Shown here: in pieces, positions 60,799 through 64,000 of the stretch
How the letters are laid out: each line of letters opens with the position of its first letter
How positions within the stretch are numbered: position 1 is the first letter of the stretch
DNA from: Spirochaetota bacterium
GTDB lineage: Bacteria; Spirochaetota; UBA4802; UBA5550
Direction of reading: 5' to 3'
DNA length: 64,000 nt
NCBI GenBank assembly: GCA_963664815.2
Contig: CAXXHB010000003.1
Span: forward strand, 2,944,001 to 3,008,000
Notes under the pieces: model-generated
What the model saw: the letters and a program-made list of their open reading frames with translations, nothing else
What the model was told of the DNA's origin: nothing
Database searches by the model: none
Position numbers and translations under genes: made by a program

Positions 60799-62154
60799 TT
60801 AATTTTCAGTAACAAACCAGGTAATTCTTTCAATCATATACTCAATCGCCTCCCTGCTCATACCCGGATAGAGACCAATCCAGAAACTGTCATTCATTAT
60901 TCTGTCTGTATTTTCAAGTTCATCAATAATCCTGTAGTCGACACCAGGTATAAGGCTGTTAAAACATGGGTGACGAGTTATATTCCCCGCGAAAAGATTA
61001 CGTGTCTGTATGTTCCTGCTTTCAAGATGTTCAACAAGCTGATTCCGTGTAAATTTAACACCATTTCGCAGGGTCATAATGAAACCGAACCAGCTTGGAT
61101 CGCTGCATTCAGTTGCTTTGGGGAGAATAAGCTTATCCTCAAGCGGCTTGAGGCCATTATATAATAACGAAAAATTCTCTTTCCTCTTTTCAACAAATTC
61201 CGGAAATTTTTCCAGCTGCGCACATCCTATCGCTGCCTGCATATCAGTAGCTTTAAGGTTATATCCGAAGTGGCTGTAAACATATTTATGATCATACCCG
61301 AAAGGGAGAGTTCCATGCTGACCGCTGAACCTGTTCTTGCAGGTATTGTCAACTCCGCTGTCACACCAGCAGTCACGCCCCCAGTCCCTGATTGACAGCA
61401 TTATTTTTTTTAAAACAGGATTATCCGTATAAACAGCACCACCTTCCCCCATTGTCATATGGTGCGGTGGATAGAAACTCGAAGTACCAATATCACCCCA
61501 TGTACCGGTAAGTTTTCCGTCAAACTTTGAACCTAAAGCATCACAGTTATCTTCGATAAACCAGAGGTTGTTCTTTTTACAGAAATCAGATACAGCTTTG
61601 AGATTAAACGGGTTTCCAAGAGTATGAGCAATCATCACTGCCTTTGTTTTTGATGACAAGGCTTTCTGCATGAGGCTCACATCAATATTAAATGTTTCCA
61701 GTTCAACATCAACAAAAACCGGAACTGCCCCATACTGAATTATCGGCGCAACTGTAGTAGGAAAACCTGCAGCCACAGTAATTACTTCATCACCACGTTT
61801 TACAGCACGGCCTTTCAACAAAGGTGATGTTAAAGTCATAAATGCCAGCAGGTTTGCCGAGGAACCTGAATTGACCAGAAAAGACCATTTAACTCCGAGA
61901 TACCCGGCCAGCTTCCTCTCAAACTCGGCAGAAAAACGTCCATATGTCAGCCAGAATTCAAGAGATGAATCAACGAGATTTGCGATCTCCCTTTCATCAA
62001 ACACCCGGCCTGCATAATTGATACGTGACTTTCCCGGTGTAAAGGATTTATCCTTTTCCGCATCAACAGCGTAATAGTATTCCTTCACTTTATCAAGAAT
62101 CTCTTTTTTTAACGATTCACTTCTATTCATGCCTGTTCCTGTTTTCATCGTCAT
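60799..62154 (-). CDS. rfbH: CDP-4-keto-6-deoxyglucose 3-dehydratase (E1)
   Basis: VNSGSSANL, SFYPPHHMTMGEGG, DWGRDCWC..DNTC, YDHKY. Confidence 0.95.
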   Translation of the reverse strand: MTMKTGTGMNRSESLKKEILDKVKEYYYAVDAEKDKSFTPGKSRINYAGRVFDEREIANLVDSSLEFWLTYGRFSAEFERKLAGYLGVKWSFLVNSGSSANLLAFMTLTSPLLKGRAVKRGDEVITVAAGFPTTVAPIIQYGAVPVFVDVELETFNIDVSLMQKALSSKTKAVMIAHTLGNPFNLKAVSDFCKKNNLWFIEDNCDALGSKFDGKLTGTWGDIGTSSFYPPHHMTMGEGGAVYTDNPVLKKIMLSIRDWGRDCWCDSGVDNTCKNRFSGQHGTLPFGYDHKYVYSHFGYNLKATDMQAAIGCAQLEKFPEFVEKRKENFSLLYNGLKPLEDKLILPKATECSDPSWFGFIMTLRNGVKFTRNQLVEHLESRNIQTRNLFAGNITRHPCFNSLIPGVDYRIIDELENTDRIMNDSFWIGLYPGMSREAIEYMIERITWFVTEN

Positions 62155-63255
62155 TCATTTTAATGCCCACGGAGTATCAATATTTTCCGCATCTTTTATA
62201 TAGCATACAAGCTGTTCTGTACTGATTATATTTTTACTCTTATAAAATTCCCTGTACCATGATGCAGTTTTTTCAAAAGTCTGTTCAGCACCCCATATCC
62301 CTTTCCATTTGAGTTTAATATGGGCCTTTGAACAATCAAGTTTTAAAAGACCGGCCTCATGCGGATTGCTGCAGTCCGGCTGAAGCCTGTATTTTAAATC
62401 CGGCCATGATTTTTTAATAGATTCCACTACACTTTTAACCGTAATAGACTCTTCATCTCCAGGGCCAAAATTCCATGCTTCGGCAAACTCTCTTTTCCCC
62501 TCCAGAAGCTTCTGCCCCAGCATCAGATATCCGCTTAACGGCTCAAGTACATGCTGCCAGGGCCTTGTTGATTCAGGAGACCTTATTACAACTTCTTCCC
62601 CGCGACTTACAGCCTTCATTATATCCGGGATAAGCCGGTCTTCAGACCAGTCCCCGCCACCTATAACATTTCCAGCCCTTACACTTGAAACAAGGACACT
62701 ATGATCTTTTCCGTATCTATCAATATTGAAAAACGAATTTCTATACGCAGAAGTAACAAGCTCTGCACAACCTTTTGACGCACTGTAAGGATCATGCCCA
62801 CCCATGGGATCATTCTCCCGGTAACCCCAGACCCACTCCCTGTTTTCATAACACTTATCTGTTGTTATGTTTACTACAGCTTTTACAGAATCAGAACCCC
62901 GGCATGCATTTAACAGATTTACAGCTCCCATTACATTTGTTTCAAAAGTTTCACGAGGTTCCCTGTATGATAATCTTACAAGTGGCTGCGCGGCCATATG
63001 AATTACAATATCAGGTTTAAAATTTTTAATCGCATTATAAAGTTTATTATAATCCCTTATGTCATCTATCGTTTCAGATATTTTAATTCCAAGCAGATTA
63101 TAATGTGAAGGCTCATAAAGGGGTTTAAGCGAATATCCATAAACCTCCGCCCCGAGTTTATTCAGCCATAAAGACATCCAGGACCCTTTAAAACCGGTAT
63201 GGCCTGTGAGAAAAACTTTTTTGTCTTTATAAATTCCGCCAAAGAGATTATCCAA
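62155..63255 (-). CDS. rfbG: CDP-glucose 4,6-dehydratase
   Basis: TGHTGFKGSW, AAQPLV, TTDKCY, DPYSASK, RAGNVIGGGDW, RPWQHVLEPL. Confidence 0.97.
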   Translation of the reverse strand: MDNLFGGIYKDKKVFLTGHTGFKGSWMSLWLNKLGAEVYGYSLKPLYEPSHYNLLGIKISETIDDIRDYNKLYNAIKNFKPDIVIHMAAQPLVRLSYREPRETFETNVMGAVNLLNACRGSDSVKAVVNITTDKCYENREWVWGYRENDPMGGHDPYSASKGCAELVTSAYRNSFFNIDRYGKDHSVLVSSVRAGNVIGGGDWSEDRLIPDIMKAVSRGEEVVIRSPESTRPWQHVLEPLSGYLMLGQKLLEGKREFAEAWNFGPGDEESITVKSVVESIKKSWPDLKYRLQPDCSNPHEAGLLKLDCSKAHIKLKWKGIWGAEQTFEKTASWYREFYKSKNIISTEQLVCYIKDAENIDTPWALK

Positions 63256-63264
63256 TTCATTACC

Positions 63265-64000
63265 TCACCAGAATTTCCATGGAGCATTGTTTGCCTCCCA
63301 CATTGCATTCAGATCAATTTTATCACGCAGTGTATCCATCGGTTTCCAGAAACCGTTGTGTTTATATGCCGAAAGCTCACCGGTTGATGCAAGTTTTTCA
63401 AGAGGATCCCTTTCCCATACTGTAGAATCATTTTTCAGAAGATCAAATACTGATGGCTCAAGTACAAAAAAACCGCCATTTACCCAGCTCCCGTCACCCT
63501 TAGGTTTTTCCTGAAATGATTTTATCATACTGCCTTCTATTTCAAGCGCACCAAATTTCCCTGAAGGGAGAACAGCTGTTAAAGTGGCCTCTTTCCCGCC
63601 AGATTTATGAAATTTGATTAGTGCATTTATATCAATATCTCCTACGCCATCACCATATGTCATCATAAAGGTTTCATTCCCTATATACTCTTCAACTCTT
63701 TTTAAGCGCCCGCCGGTCATAGTTTCAGCGCCGGTATCTACAAGTGTAACTTTCCACGGTTCTGCCTTGGTATTATGTACTATTCTTTCCTGGCTCTGAT
63801 TTGAAAAATCAAAGGTTATATCAGAATTATGAAGAAAATAGTGATAAAAATATTCTTTAATATAATATCCCTTATAGCCGAGACAGACAATAAAATCATT
63901 AAATCCATAATGTGAATAGATTTTCATAATATGCCATAGTATCGGTTTACCTCCAATTTCGACCATAGGTTTAGGACGAATATCTGTCTCCTCGCTGAGT
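63265..64000 (-). CDS. rfbF: Glucose-1-phosphate cytidylyltransferase (5' end outside the window)
   Basis: Frame stays open to the window edge (LSEETDIRPKPMVEIGGKPILWHIMK); TMTGGR, TYGDG, GFWKPMDTLRD. Confidence 0.95.
   Translation of the reverse strand, partial: LSEETDIRPKPMVEIGGKPILWHIMKIYSHYGFNDFIVCLGYKGYYIKEYFYHYFLHNSDITFDFSNQSQERIVHNTKAEPWKVTLVDTGAETMTGGRLKRVEEYIGNETFMMTYGDGVGDIDINALIKFHKSGGKEATLTAVLPSGKFGALEIEGSMIKSFQEKPKGDGSWVNGGFFVLEPSVFDLLKNDSTVWERDPLEKLASTGELSAYKHNGFWKPMDTLRDKIDLNAMWEANNAPWKFW

Overview
AT-rich bacterial chromosome segment, mostly minus-strand coded. Gene content suggests a Leptospirae-like, probably anaerobic spirochete (inference from protein family resemblance, not a database search). 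Left half, housekeeping and accessory genes: M16B peptidase pair, lgt, rpmE-rho, dapA-dapB with a CBS/PAS/Fis-HTH protein, a receiver protein, DUF2889-OFA MFS-crcB-DUF190, gpgS, terC, an aldehyde dehydrogenase, a tetraheme cytochrome c3 / maturation protease / [NiFe] hydrogenase operon, tRNA-Gln and tRNA-Lys, FmdE, UPF0182-malQ and lemA with three TPM genes. Right half (30.3-64 kb) is a large mosaic LPS/surface-glycan locus: ADP-heptose genes, dTDP amino-sugar genes with a GtrA/GtrB-like pair, two flippases, a WaaL/Wzy-like protein, many glycosyltransferases, a colitose-like module, and a CDP-3,6-dideoxy module joined to DmpF/DmpG, an HpcH aldolase and a YerE-like ThDP enzyme. Best leads: (1) a predicted branched higher-carbon sugar pathway with two aldolases; (2) an apparently lipid-anchored hydrogenase-cytochrome c3 module; (3) a ColD/E1-like enzyme with a Cys4 motif; (4) strong CCGG enrichment, including in promoter regions; (5) several GC-rich REP-like palindrome families. 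No CRISPR array, integrase or transposase was seen.
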